Shown one piece after another: positions 32,988 to 46,329 of a stretch of 64,000 bases of DNA. The first letter of the stretch is position 1. Every line of letters begins with the position of its first letter. Source of the DNA: Podarcis filfolensis (taxonomy: Eukaryota); the NCBI GenBank assembly GCA_964270895.1, contig OZ185435.1. The stretch is one strand, 5' to 3'. A program made the translations under genes and the position numbers. The notes under the pieces are model-generated. The model saw only the letters and a program-made list of their open reading frames with translations, made no database searches and had not been told where the DNA came from.

Positions 32988-35900
32988 AGCCTATCTCTTA
33001 TTGTTTGAGATGACTATTGCCATCAAAGTCCTTAAATGATCTTCCCAAGATACATTATTCCTTAGATAATCATTCTCTTGTTTGCTGAAAGGGACACATT
33101 CTGCTGTGAAATTTATACAGATTCATACGCTAATCTCCATCATCCTTTTCGATTGACTAGTTCGTAAGATGACGTTGGATTCTATTTGTAGTGACAGAAT
33201 TCTTAAATTTATGCCTACACAATGTGGTGTTGAACACTGCCAAAGGAAGAGAAGACCTAGAAAGTTAACTGGCCTGGCTCCAAAAAACGGCTCCAGCAAA
33301 AATAGAGAATGCCAGAAAATAACAGTCAGCAACTTCAAAAATGTCCAAATTGACATGATGTCAAGCTCTTGAGTTGGGACACCTTTAGGATAAGTGTTCC
33401 ATCCAAAGAGAGAGATTGAAGTTGATGCTGTTCTCAGGTGGAAAGAAGGGCAAGCCATCTGACTATATCGCAATTCTGTAGACTTGATTTTTAAAAATGG
33501 ACGAAGTTTCCATTATAAAATTAATCTCCATGGTTCAGTAAAAGAAAAAGAAAGGTTGTTGTGTTTTGTTTTTTGCTTGTTTTGGATGCTGCAAAGAAAA
33601 TGACGTTTGCATTAAAACTGAAGAGATAACATGCACAGTTTGGAAGGAAATCCAAGTCAAGATGCTATGTAGGTGAAGTTATAGTAAGAAAACCATGTTC
33701 TTATTACGGAAAAGTGTCCTAAATTGGCAGAATGAATAGAAGGCTGCATTAAGAAACAAGGAAAACTTAAAAGATCACACAGAAATACAGTATTGGCAAT
33801 GAAAATGCTTCTGAGAAGACTTTTCCAAAATAGCCAAACCGTAACTTATAACCATTACTCTACCATAATGTAGAGAATACAGATTAACAGTTGTTTGCCA
33901 AGTTCATAAACAAGTGTGCTATGTTAGTTGCATAATTTTTTGGTGGTTTTTCTTTTTAAAACTTGCAGTAGAGAAAATTATTGGTTTTCATTAACTCTCC
34001 ATAAAGTACTTAGAAACTTGTCATAACTTTATCCTCCTACTATCCTATCTCTGTCTACTAATCATTGTTCCTTTGATAATAATTCTATTGTTCCCTGAAA
34101 GGGACACATTTTACTGTGAAATTTATGCAGATTCTCATACCAACCTATTCCCAGCCACTGAAAGACATCCAAAATTATCTGGGAGTATAGTCAGTCTAAT
34201 GCTGTCCTGGATTATTTAAGACTTGACAGTAATCAGCTTGAATTGTGATTGTGCCCAAAAAGAGTAGTTCAGACACTGAAGCACTGGTGAAATGTGCTCT
34301 CGATTATCTTTCCCACACTTGAAAGCGGGCCAGAATCGTCATACACACATTGAAGAAGATAAGGGACAAAATGGGATCCTACAGTGACCATTGCAAGTGG
34401 GTTGACAGTTTTTAGTTTCTTGGTTCTTATTGAGAGGAATGAAAGAACCACTCTGCCAAATCATGGCTTGTAGCCAGCACTCTAGCCCGGCCAAATGAAG
34501 TCTCAAACTCAAGTGGCATTCATCAGTCAAATTTCAGATGGTTATTGTTATACAGCCAAGTACATATTTTTTTACACTGTGCAGGGGTGAAGAGACTGAA
34601 AAATATTTCAAGACAATGAGTCATAACCAGAGTGCTGATGTTCTTGATTTTGTACTTGAGCTGCAACTCGCAAGTGAAAATCAATATTACAGAAAGCTGA
34701 AAACTGCTAAGAATGAAGACATCCTGGGTCAATTAAACCATTCATCACTAAAAACAATTCAGCTGACTTTGGAGATGCAACAGCAATTGGGAAGGAGTTG
34801 CTGTTATCACAGCTAGTGTTATAGAAATGATTATGCAGAGTTCTGTGCTCTTTGGTGTGAATCGAGACTCATTGGTACTCTTACTCCCATTTTCTGGCTC
34901 AAGCTCTGCGAAATTCTAATCAGAAAATGGTGGGGAAGGACACATAGCAACAACCATGTCAGTGGCTAATAAGCCAACTTCCTATATTGCTAGCCAATTA
35001 GGCTATTGACTGAATAGCTTTCAAAGTGGATGAGTATGTCTTCAAAGCTTTATGGGATCCTTTTGGGTTCACGAGCGCTGAGGGATTGATAGTCTTAACA
35101 AGGACAGAAAATCTATTTAGTCTATTGCCTTTGTTAGCTAAACATTGTTGGAAGTACTGCATCCAATGATGTAGTGGATTTCAAATTGCAAAGCAGTACC
35201 ATGGCAAAGTTGTGGAGGACCAATAAGACTTGTGGGATTTCGTAGGTGCTAGTGAGATAGAACCATCTCATCTTCCTCATCTGTTCAGTGGAACACTGCC
35301 CTGTCTCTTCTTATCTGTTCACTGGAAAACAAAAACTGCTTACTCAGACTATCATATATCAGTCTTAAATATTCTGCTAGAAATTTATTTACACCAGCCC
35401 CCTCCCTTTTTTCCACCATGGAACTTGCCATACATGGGTTCCTATATCGTCTCCTCAAGATGCTGACCAGAAGCAAACAGACTTGGCTTCAGTGAGGTTT
35501 CTGCATCATGCACCTTCAGATCATTGTATTCTGACAGGGCTAAAAAGAAACTCTTAAAAGGCCAAGTACAAGCTCAGCTCTTCAGGTGGTAAAACTGGCT
35601 AGCAACAGCGCTGTGTGTTTCCTTACAATGATGCTCTGTGCAGAACTGTGAACCTTCAGGTAGCATGAATGCTGGGAAAGCCAGGTTACATGGCTTTGAT
35701 TTTCTGAATAGAACAGCTGATACACTAGTAATATATAAGTAGATTTGTGTTCTTACTCTCCTAGCCCATGAACCAAAATGTCCTACCAGCCCAACTATCC
35801 TTCGTAAGCTGCAAGCAAGATTTTCATCAAGGATTAACGTTATACCTTTTATTATTCCATAAAATTCATATGCCACTTGATGGTTAAAACACCTCAAAGC

Positions 35901-38385
35901 AGTTTCCAAAACTTGCGTTTCAAAGTTTTTTACAGATGAAGCAGAGAAGGAGCCTAACTTTTTGACATGAGAAAACGGCACAGCACGGCCAGTGGCTAAC
36001 CTCTGACAAACGGTTGCAGTTGTCTTTATGATTGCTGATTTTACCACCTTATTTTTACTCTGCCACTTTTTTTGCTTGTCCAATAGGCCTGTTCTTCATG
36101 GCCAACTGATTTCAAACTGTAAATATGACTAGATTTTCAAGAGCTTCATAGAATGCAGGTCTGCTGTTCAAAGGAAGAAGCCGAATTGTACTGGGCATAT
36201 CCAAGTCTTATGGATCCTGACTTTCAGTAACACGTTAATATTTGAAAACAAAATATAGAGGCTCAATTCACCCATTTATGTAGCAGCCACTCAACGGGAA
36301 GCCAAAGCAATCCCAGCTATGTGGCAGGTGTACTTTTATGATACACACATTCACTGTATTCACAACTTACATTATTGGATTGCATTGCATTTTTTTTAAA
36401 AAAAAGATTGCACGTAGTCCTAAAGAAGTCATCTTTACTACGTCTCAGAGGCTGTTGTTGGAAGAAATGCTATATTTCCCTCAAATTTTCTGTGTATCAA
36501 AATAGACTCACTCTGCATGTAGCCTGAAATTAATTTCCATTGATAAACTCAATGAATCCGATTGAGTTTGAATTGTCAAAAGGTGTCTGAAACTAGGTCT
36601 AATAATTTATCAGAATTGCAGTTAGTTTGGGAAAAAACACAATCAAATTTCTGAACTATTTTTTTTAGAATAAGGTTTTTCCCCAGAATAGATGCTTATA
36701 TGCCTGTGCCAAGAATGGATTCAGGCCACAACACAGTTTACATACTATCCTAATTTATTCTAGTATCAACATGAGCCTAAAGAAGAGGAGCACTAGAACA
36801 TTCAGTCAGCTTTTCTTGAGATGTATGCATTGTAATTGGTTCTGCGAGGCTGCTATCTTTTGCATCCTGATCTATGGGACTTGTTTCTGAATATACAAAT
36901 ATAGACTTGCACTGGAAAACCTTGCATATTTTGAATACGTTTCAAGCAAGTCATATGGAAATACCTGCACTTATAATTAATAATATTATCCCTGGATACA
37001 AATCATACCTGAAATGTATTTGAATTTTCTTTCTGTGGATTGACACGGCTTTCAATTTTTTCTCTGGCTGTGTTGATTATTCTTAATTTATCATATTTAT
37101 TTTATCGGGGCTTTTCTGTAGTCCTTTGTTTCCTAGCCTGGATTAATATTAGTAAGCAATAAGAATAATTAAGAAGGTAACTCTGACTACGAGCAGGGAG
37201 CAAAGCTGGTTACACCTAGATCCACAAGTTCACCTTCAATTATAGCTTTTTGTTTTTACATAAAGCAGCTTTTTAGTTGCTTCAGATACACAGTTTCCAA
37301 TTCATTTTCTTTTCAAGGATCCAAATATAACTTTCCGGGGGGGGGGGGGGGAGAAAGAAAAAGTATCCAAATCTCTGATGGAGGATTCTCTCTCTCCACC
37401 TTCTTCCCTAACCACTGTCATCCCACTCAAATTTGCCATGATCTCTTTAGTAATTCTTCATTTCCTGAGGCGGCAGACTTTCTATCACAATACCTTCCTA
37501 AATATAAATGATATGTTCTCGTTACTTACTTTTTGTGCTTCTTACTTTTCACCACATTGAATTCTGCTCTGGGCAGCTCCTTCAGGAACAACATGGGAGG
37601 TGGGAGGTGACTTAGTGCGGGAAGGAGGTATATATATTTTAAAAAGCCCCAATGTGTAAGCAGAAAATGGTACAGCCATTTGAGTCCTGACCTATTTAGC
37701 TAAATATTAGAAGCCATGTCTGGCAAATCTAGCCTCAAATACATTTCTGTAGTAACAAAGAGATGGAACCAATATAATGTTGAACAAAAGGAACCTGCAT
37801 CTTCTCTTTGTTAACAATGATCTATAGACTCGATGCTAAGATATTGGCTAGTTTGTAATCAAACTCCTGCTGCTATTTTACAGAATAGCTTTAATAATAT
37901 TGGGGGGAGAGGTTGTTAGCAAAACAACACCTCTGTCTTCAGGGCTTAAAATAAGGTATCTTAACTAGTCAGTGAACTTTAGTCTCATATTTCTCAAACA
38001 GTAGTTTCCCATGCCTCCTGGCAGACTCTTTTAGGAGCTGAAAAGGATTTCAAAAGCAGCTTGTAATGCAGGTTTTACTGTTTGGGGGCGGAGCCAAAAA
38101 TCCACAAGGCAACTGCTAGCCATTGCAAGACGGAGCTGTGCTGCTCCTGTTTCTTGTTCCCAGAATCTGATAATTAGAAGACAGATGAAATGGTTCAGTT
38201 TAGTTATCATGACATTAGTAGGTGCATCCTTTGAATTTGCTTCATTCTTTTTTCATAAGCTGTCTGAAGTCTATCACTAACTCTAGTGATGTATTAAAAA
38301 ATGAACACTTAAAAAAAGGCTACATTTGTTCTACGTTGGCTGTAATATGCAGAAATCTTTTCTCCCCCCCCCCCCCAGCTTTTTA

Positions 38386-38596
38386 ACAGTGAGCCATGAT
38401 TAAATCAGGAAGTGTTCAGCCACTGTTTCCCATTTCATCCCAAACAGGAAACTATGGTTACCAGCTTTGGAGCAAGCCAAGTTAAAAATTGGTTTATGAT
38501 CCTGGTTTGTTCCAAAGCTGGTAACCATAGTTTCCTGTTTGGGATGAAATGGGAAGCAGTGGCTGAAGACTTCTTGATTTAATCATGGCTCACTGT
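38386..38596. repeat. Long inverted repeat (94-bp arms, 23-nt loop), foldback element
   Basis: 38386-38479 is the reverse complement of 38503-38596 with 5 differences. Confidence 0.95.
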
Positions 38597-39096
38597 AAAA
38601 GGAGTGTACGTACAGGCAGAAATCTCAGTCCTCCAAACCAGGTCATTGTGCCACAAGCATTTTTAAAGAGTGGAATGACACAGATTTCTTATTCCACTGT
38701 TTGAAACAAGATATGAGAAAGTGGAAATAGAAAAGTTTTCATATATAATGACATAAAAGCTGACATGTTTATAAAGACGAAAGGAATTCAATGGTAAAAA
38801 TAGCATACCCTCATTTATTCTTCAACTAAATATTAGTGTAATATATGTTCCTAAGAAATACATTTGTACTGGTCTCAGCTATGGTTGTAAAATGAAATCT
38901 TTGGGTGTATAAGGGTATATTGTATAATCACACTGAGGCTTACAAAGCCTGTTAGACACAAAGGGACTTCTGTAATATGAGACACTGTGTGTCTTAAAAC
39001 AGTGTCTTGCTATGGTCTTGCACAATTACCATTCATGTCAATGGCCTGTTGTCTTCCACCTTGTTCCAGAGAAAGAGAAATAAAAAAATAGTGAAT

Positions 39097-39454
39097 GACG
39101 CGGGTGGCGCTGTGGGTAAAACCTTAGCGCCTAGGACTTGCCGATCGCATGGTCGGCGGTTTGAATCCCTGCGGCGTGGTGCGCTCCTGTCGTTCGGTCC
39201 CAGCGCCTGCCAACCTAGCAGTTCGAAAGCACCCCCGGGTGTAAGTAGATAAATAGGGACCGCTTAGCAGCGGGATAGTAAACGCCGTTCCGTGTGCTGC
39301 GCTGGCTCGCCAGATGCAGCTTGTCACGCTGGCCACGTGACCCGGAAGTGTCTGCGGACAGCGCTGGCTCCCGGCCTATAGAGTGAGATAAGCGCACAAC
39401 CCTAGAGTCTGTCAAGACTGGCCCGTACAGGCAGAGGTACCTTTACCTTTACCT
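39097..39454 (+). mobile_element. Sauria SINE (full length)
   Basis: tRNA-like head with A box GGTGGCGCTGTGGG and B box GGTTTGAATCCC, Sauria core, (ACCTTT)n tail. Confidence 0.93.
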
Positions 39455-39999
39455 ATCTTTTTGTGCCCCTGTAAATTGGATGCAAGAGAGTTAGAATTTA
39501 TGCTTCCTTGAGTTATTTTCTTTTTTCACATCTTAATTCAGCCTCTCTTGCTCAACAATGAGCAAGGATTTAATTTAAAATGGACACTTGAAATCTAAGG
39601 CTTTTCTACTTTCTCTGTTGAAAACATTCAGCATGGAAAATGTCACAAGGAAAGACATGCAAGTTTTGGGGCTTTATAGCTCCTTATTTGTAGGAAGAAA
39701 TGTGCAGCTGGTGTTTGTGTGGTGGACAAATACTTGTTACTGGGGAAAGCCTATTCTTCCCCCAGCTAGCAATGAAATTGAGAATACAGTGTGGAAGATA
39801 TGTTAACTGGTGTCATTGGTACAAAACAGTGCCTACCTGTCCAGTGAGTGATAGAAATCTCTGGTGCTGCTATATGCACCATTTTATAAACTGTTTTTAA
39901 GTTTAATTCTTAGTTTTGTTTTTAAAAGATTAATGGCAGAGGAGGAGTATTCTGTGGCTATATCACTGTAGCGGGGAATCATTCATCTAGCGTCTAGAA

Positions 40000-40219
40000 C
40001 AGTGTTTCCCAACCTTTTTTTGGCCACGACCCACATAAGCATCTCTAAAATTCTGACCCCCCCCCCATGACATATAATTCTTATTATTCAAAAAGTGAAC
40101 TCCTATCACGTGGAGGAAGCCTAAAAGGCCATTCACTGTTAATAACTCATTCTCGAATTGCCCCCCTTAAAAATCAAATTGCCCTCTGTGGGGCAGGTGC
40201 CCCATGTTGGGAACCATGG
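40000..40219. mobile_element. hAT-Charlie-type MITE
   Basis: CAGTGTTTCCCAAC...GTTGGGAACCATGG termini. Perfect 8-bp TSD GTCTAGAA (NTCTAGAN target). Confidence 0.88.
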
Positions 40220-41265
40220 GTCTAGAACATAGAACATGCAAAGTGTCACAGGATCAATCCCCAGCATCTTCAGCATCTTGCTACAAACATGGGAAATTAA
40301 TGCCAGTCAATGTGTGCTCTGATTCTGTATAGAGTAGATTCTTGTGCTCTAATCCCCCATGCAAACTGGAGACATCATCAAAGTTCCTTCTTCTTTCCAC
40401 AGCAACACCCTTCCATTTAATGAACCTTTTGCTATTTCTCTTCTCCTTGTCTCTCAAGGATAAGCACTCTTCCCTTCTGATGCTGGAGTAGACATCTACC
40501 CTTGTAAGCAATTTAGTGAACAGGGTTATGCTATGCAGCACCCCACAGTGAAGCTAAATCATCTCCTTCCATTATAAGTGGGATATTCTTTCATGTGCTG
40601 GATCAGGAGCACTAAGAGTTTAGTGCTACCTTGTAAATACCCTCTAGAAGATGGTAGCCTGCTCCCCACCCCAAATTACTAGCCTACGGGAGGCTGGCAG
40701 AAAAGGTGCAGAGAGCTGTATTTCAATGCTGGGCATGGATGAAGGGGCTTCCCTCCTCTAGCAGCCCACTTGGCTACTGTACTGAGCTCAGCAGACAAAT
40801 GGAGCACTCTATGTTTCAACTGATGGACTCACCTGCATGCAGTTCCTGGTCACCTGTGGTTGCCAGGGAAGTGTTCAGATGCAATAATGGTTTAGTGCTA
40901 AGGGAGAAAAACGTCTTACTGTCTGGAAAGGCTCAATAGAGACTTTGCAGCCCCTCTTGGTTTTGTGCCAGCTTTGCCCGTCAGTGGTAGTACAGACAGA
41001 AGCACCCCACATGTCTGGACTATGATGATCAGAAGAACTGAAACAGTACACCTGCTGATCCTGAATATTGCAGCCCTGTAGATGTACTTTAGAAATCAGA
41101 TATGTAAAGCAATATAAACTTACCAACTCATGGGGATCTTTGCAGACTGAGTTGGAATGCAGAGACATGGGTGAAAAAATATGAGCACTTACAGTGACTT
41201 TGAACATTTCATTGCTGATCAGGAACAGGCTGCATAAGTTCCTAGTGCTTCATATTCATTTATAG

Positions 41266-41450
41266 CAGGGGTTGTCACCCTGGTCCCTGCCACCCACTAG
41301 TGGGTGTTTCAGAATTCTAGATGGGCAGTAGGGGGTTCTACGGCACAAGCTGAATCCTCCTTCCATAGAGCACTGGTGGGCGGTAAGGAAATTTTAACAT
41401 CAAGAAAGATCATTAGTGGTCAGTAGGTATAAAAAGGTTGACTACCCCTG
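41266..41450. mobile_element. hAT-type MITE
   Basis: CAGGGGTTGTCA...TTGACTACCCCTG termini. TSD ATTTATAG/ATTTACAG. Confidence 0.85.
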
Positions 41451-42144
41451 ATTTACAGCTATGTTCCATGTACAATGATAGGGCAGGCTTCATTGCAGAA
41501 CCTTTGTTTCAGATGTGACATTGCACAAATGCCGGAGACTTGGGCACCCTATTCTTGCCTAAGTAATATCCAAGCTGCTCTTAGACTGGGTTTCAGTCTC
41601 CATGGTCTGCTTTTGAGTCCTGATTCTAAATTATTATTATTTAATTCCTTTACAAAAGGAACTAGTGCTTGGAAGCAAATAAGGAGAGATTCCTCTCTTC
41701 CGAAGAGACAGTATTGGAATTGTGGCTAAATTGGACAGTGCAGAGCAGTGTGTTATTGTTCACCTGTACTGTGGAATGAAAGCTCACAACTGCAGGGTGC
41801 ATGCGACCCTCACTATATATTATGTACCTTGTTTGGAAGCTTATCACTAATATGACCACAGTGTCACGTGGAGAAAAAATAAAGCACCCAAATAGTGGCT
41901 TTCAAATTTTGTTTCTTCAGGGAATCCATTCCATGTACATTTGTCTGCTAAGAAAATCCCATCTGTTGGAAACTTAACACCAGCTAGGCCTTTTAGACAT
42001 AATCACAGTTGTTCTATGACCACTGAAATTATGCTCTGCAGCTGGGGAAAATCTGCAATGGAAAAGCTACTTCATAGAGGAAACCCTTCAGAGCAATCAC
42101 ACTGTTCTTTTGAAACAAAGTTTGAAAACTACTGCAGGAGGACA

Positions 42145-42266
42145 GAGTGCTCTTGAACTCAGGTCCTACCTTCCAGCTTCCTACTGGCATCTGGTTAGCC
42201 ACCGTGAGAACAGGATGCTGGACTTGATGGGACACTGGCTTGATGCAGCAGGCTCTTGTGTTCTTA
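42145..42266 (+). mobile_element. CR1-related SINE/LINE 3' end
   Basis: GGCATCTGGTTAGCCACCGTGAGAACAGGATGCTGGAC...CAGCAGGCTCTTGTGTTCTTA, a common squamate retroposon tail. Confidence 0.65.
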
Positions 42267-42994
42267 CTGCCATAAATGGGTGCCCTGTAAGCTTTAGGTA
42301 AAGCATTCATTTTTGGCAAGCTTTGATGGCTGCTTGTGCAAGAAGTATTGCATCAAACACATAGCTAGACATACATAAATGTTATCAAAACCAACTCCAT
42401 ACCGAATGAAATGCACATAAAGGGTTTTTAGTATGTAACGGTAAATGGTTTATGTCTTGTTCGTAAGAAGAGTTCCAGTTGTTTCAGGGAAAGTAGTATT
42501 ATCCTTTAAAAAGGTGGTGGTGCGGGATTCATCAAGTTGAAGAATATTTTGCAGTTAATGATGAAATGGAAGTCCTAGAACACCAAACCTACTGACACTA
42601 GATCAGGGTGCTGAACCCTCACCCCAAGGACTACATTCTCATAGGCAATCTCTGGAGGTGGCAGGCCAGTCCTTGGAGGGGCAGTGGGGAGAGGCAAAAG
42701 TGTGTGGACAACAAATGAAATTCATAACTTTGTGCAGTAGGGTACGCATCAGCCACACACAAGCCAGGAATGCATACACACGCCTAAACTATTAGTCGTA
42801 ATTGAAGGACACATTCCAGACAAAAGCACTTGAGGAGGGTTAGCTGAGCAGTGCCTGTGTGGGGAGGAGCTCAAAGGAGTCTTAAGAGACCACGAGCTGG
42901 AGGTTCCCCATCCTGACTTAAATAATAATATAGAATGCTTTTACTTCTTTAGTGCAAGATTGACCTAACCGTTTGAGTTTTGTTTGTTTTACAG

Positions 42995-43027
42995 ATAAAA
43001 GCAAAAAACTATGACAAAGTAGAAAAG
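42995..43027 (+). CDS. CSTF3: CSTF3 exon 4 (IKAKNYDKVEK)
   Basis: tgttttacag acceptor, AAG|GTGAGT donor, 33 nt. Confidence 0.96.
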
Positions 43028-43462
43028 GTGAGTGTATAAGTATGGCCTATATTTTAAATAGATTTGAAAGGAAGAATAAATACATGGATCATCTGTTCTC
43101 CCTTGTTAAGTGATGTGGAGAAGTCAGTCTAATTTGCCCTAGCATTTGCCTTGGAAATGAAGTATAAAGTGTCTGCCACTTTGTGGCAAAAGGCAAAAAA
43201 CTTGGAAAGAGGAAGAGACACACACCCCTTCCCATTTCTAGCATCTGCTTGAAGACCCATTTTCCACAATAAGGTTTTGGGGCCATGGCCTAGTGGCAGC
43301 TCCCACATGAGTACCTCAAAAAGAGCCTTGTGACTTCAAAAGCACTTACATGCAGGTGCCATTTGTGAGAACCACATGGGGTTCTCTGTCCTCCATATGG
43401 GTACTGTCCATGTGGCCACCACAATTAATGCAATCTGGCAAGTCTTTTTCAAGATACTACAC

Positions 43463-43598
43463 CAGGCATCCCCAACCTGCGGCCCTCCAGATGTTTTGGC
43501 CTACAACTCCCATGATCCCTAGCTAACAGGACCAGTGGTCAGGGATGATGAGGATTGTAGTCAAAAACATCTGGAGGACTGAAGTTTGGGGGTGCCTG
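43463..43598 (+). mobile_element. Palindromic hAT-type MITE in intron 4
   Basis: CAGGCATCCCC...GGGGGTGCCTG termini. Perfect TSD TACTACAC at 43455-43462 and 43599-43606. Confidence 0.9.
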
Positions 43599-43849
43599 TA
43601 CTACACTCATGCAAATTGTAGCAACTACACAAACATTTCCCACATGGAGATGCCAGACACTGCCTCTGTGTGTGTGATGCCAGTCTGCGAGCAATCACAA
43701 TCTTGTGGCACTCATAAAGGAAATACCATTAAGTATGAATTGAGTCTGTATTTTTGCCCTCGTGAAGGGAAGGGACATTCCACAGTGGGGGTGCCACCTT
43801 TGAAAAGGCCATTTCATTCACTATATCACATGAGGCTGCTTCACTCACT

Positions 43850-44050
43850 TGGCGAGGGGCATTCTGGGAAAAGTCTCTGAAGAAGATTATAGGTTCCAGG
43901 CAGGTCAGAATGGGTGGAGGGAATCCCTCAGGTAACCAGGCCCCAAGCCACTTAGGACCTCAAAGTTTTACAGCAGTGTTATGAATCGAGCCTGGAAATG
44001 GACTGGAAGCTAGTGTAGATGGCAAAGTACTGGCATAGTATGATCAGAAT
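43850..44050 (-). mobile_element. L2 LINE fragment
   Basis: Similar to the 26630 and 48000 L2 fragments. Confidence 0.5.
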
Positions 44051-45215
44051 CACCATTCCCAGTTTGTGATCTTGCTGCCCTATATTGGACCAGCAGAATT
44101 TATCAAGGCAGCCTCACATATTGCAGTAGTCCAAATGGGAGGTTACCAAAGCACAGCTGTCTGTCTAGGTAAGATTGCAGTTGATATGTCACCTTCAGCT
44201 GATAAAAGGTGCTCTGTGCCACTGAGGCCACCTCTGCCTTCAGTGACATGATAGATCTAGGAGCAGCCCAAACTACAAGCCTCGGAAGCTGGCTTTGGTC
44301 TGCCCTCCATGGGTCACTTTTTACAGGTAGGAGGAATGCCTACCTGTCAATCACCTGATGTTATATATGACATTGGATGATTCAGATTTCAAAGGAAGAA
44401 TCAAAGCTGACTCAGAAGTGTGCTTCTGATTCTTCCCTTCCTCCTTTGCAGCCTTACTTTCGCTTAAGATGGAGCTGAAAAGGATTATTCTTTCTTTCCA
44501 ATCCTGGTTTGAGTTCAAGATGGGGTTGCAAAAGTTTCTACCACAGGCTTTGTCTGCACTCAGAATCAGGAGCTCTGTTCTGGAGCTCACAAGTGAAGCC
44601 AATCCCAGTTGAGCTTGCATTTATTATGAAATTTTTAAAGCACCACTTACCTAAGAACAATTGGGAGCACACTTTTAAGGCTCCTGATCATTCCTTTGCA
44701 GCAGCAGTTTTACCTGCTTCAATCCCTGCTTTAGGGGGAGTGCAGCTCTCGCCAGAAAAGGTTTAAAACCACTCAGATAAATGGATGAACCACTTAGTAA
44801 AGTCGTTCCTCCTTGTATGCTCATCTGCTGTTATGCTCATATTTCCCAATCCCACTTAGTCCTTTCAGCTGTGATCCAAAGTTTATTTACTGCTCCTACA
44901 CACAGTAATTCAGAGGTTTTCAGGGAATTTATCTGTGCTTCAATATGTGTAAAGTGGCAATGTCAAAACAGAGGTACACCACTATGTCAAACAGAGGGTG
45001 CATGTATTGCAAGGTTCTCGTACTGGATTGGATGCATTTCACAGTTTTGACAGCATCCTTACCTTTACATTAAGACTTGGCTGTTATTCCTGAGACTGTG
45101 CCTGTCTGTTTTAAAAGGAATGCAGACTGAACCTTAGTTTGTTTGTTCAAGCTCCAAAGTGCCTCCTGATGTCTATTCATGGATTCCTGTTGTTGTTTTT
45201 CTTCAATGTGACTAG

Positions 45216-45313
45216 CTGTTTCAGAGGTGCCTTATGAAAGTTTTACACATTGACTTATGGAAGTGCTACCTTTCGTATGTGCGAGAAACCAAAGGGAAGC
45301 TACCTAGTTATAA
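45216..45313 (+). CDS. CSTF3: CSTF3 exon 5 ([32 protein letters not shown])
   Basis: ctag acceptor, TAA|GTAAGT donor, 98 nt. Confidence 0.97.
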
Positions 45314-46329
45314 GTAAGTAAATGCTGTTTGTGTTAGCTTCTTTTTTTATTGCAATCTAATTCCTTTTTCAGTTAAGGATGCTGAAGCAGGATCACAGTC
45401 TACCAAGTTAGCTTCTGATTTAAAGTAATAATTAGACAACTACTGCCAGTGTAGACTTGCCCATGTAGCAAGGTGAAGCAACCTCCACCAAGACAGGGGT
45501 TGGTAAAGGCAGGAACTGATGCCTGAAAGGTTCAGCAAGACATTTAAAAGGGTTGGCTCCAGTGGGGGTCATGTGGGGACACCCAACATAGAATGTTGTC
45601 CTAGATGGCCTAGTGCCATAAATTTGGGTCAGCACTGACTCCTACATGGTGTTCTTTGTCGTTGTATATATGCCTCTTGATTCCTTCCAGTTGATTATTA
45701 AACTTCATTGCTGACAAAGTGGCACTTGTGAAGCAGCCTTACACAAGATATCAGAAGGATCTGTTGCTTTTTTCCACTGATCTAGTAATCCAAAGAAGGC
45801 GTAATCATCACAGCTGTTTCTGATTCCCCTCCCACTGACAAGTTTTGTTTATTTGATTTAGTTACGAAATTTCTAGACTGCTCTTCATCACACACAGCAA
45901 TTACAGGGCAAGTTCTCAAATAATATAAAATTACATCATAAACCTAAAACAGCAATAAAATGTAATCACTAAGAGGCCAATTATCAGTAAAACATAGCCA
46001 GTGCAGGATAAACCTGAGACTTTGGGTAATCTCTGCTAATTTCCTCCCAAAGCCAGGAAGTACAAGTATGCTTTCCCTTGGCACTAGAAACATAACTAAG
46101 TTCTTACCATCTGCACTTTCAGGGAGAGAATTCTATAGTCAGAGCAACACAGTGCCACAACAAACCATGCCTGGTGCCATTTTTATTTACTCTTTTAAGT
46201 ATTTTTTCCAATCACATCCCATGTAAGAAGCTTAACAACAATAAGGGTTGTACAACTAAAAACAAAACCAGTTATTTAAACCCAGAGAAAGAACAATAAG
46301 AGCAACATTTACAGGATAGTATCCCCTCA

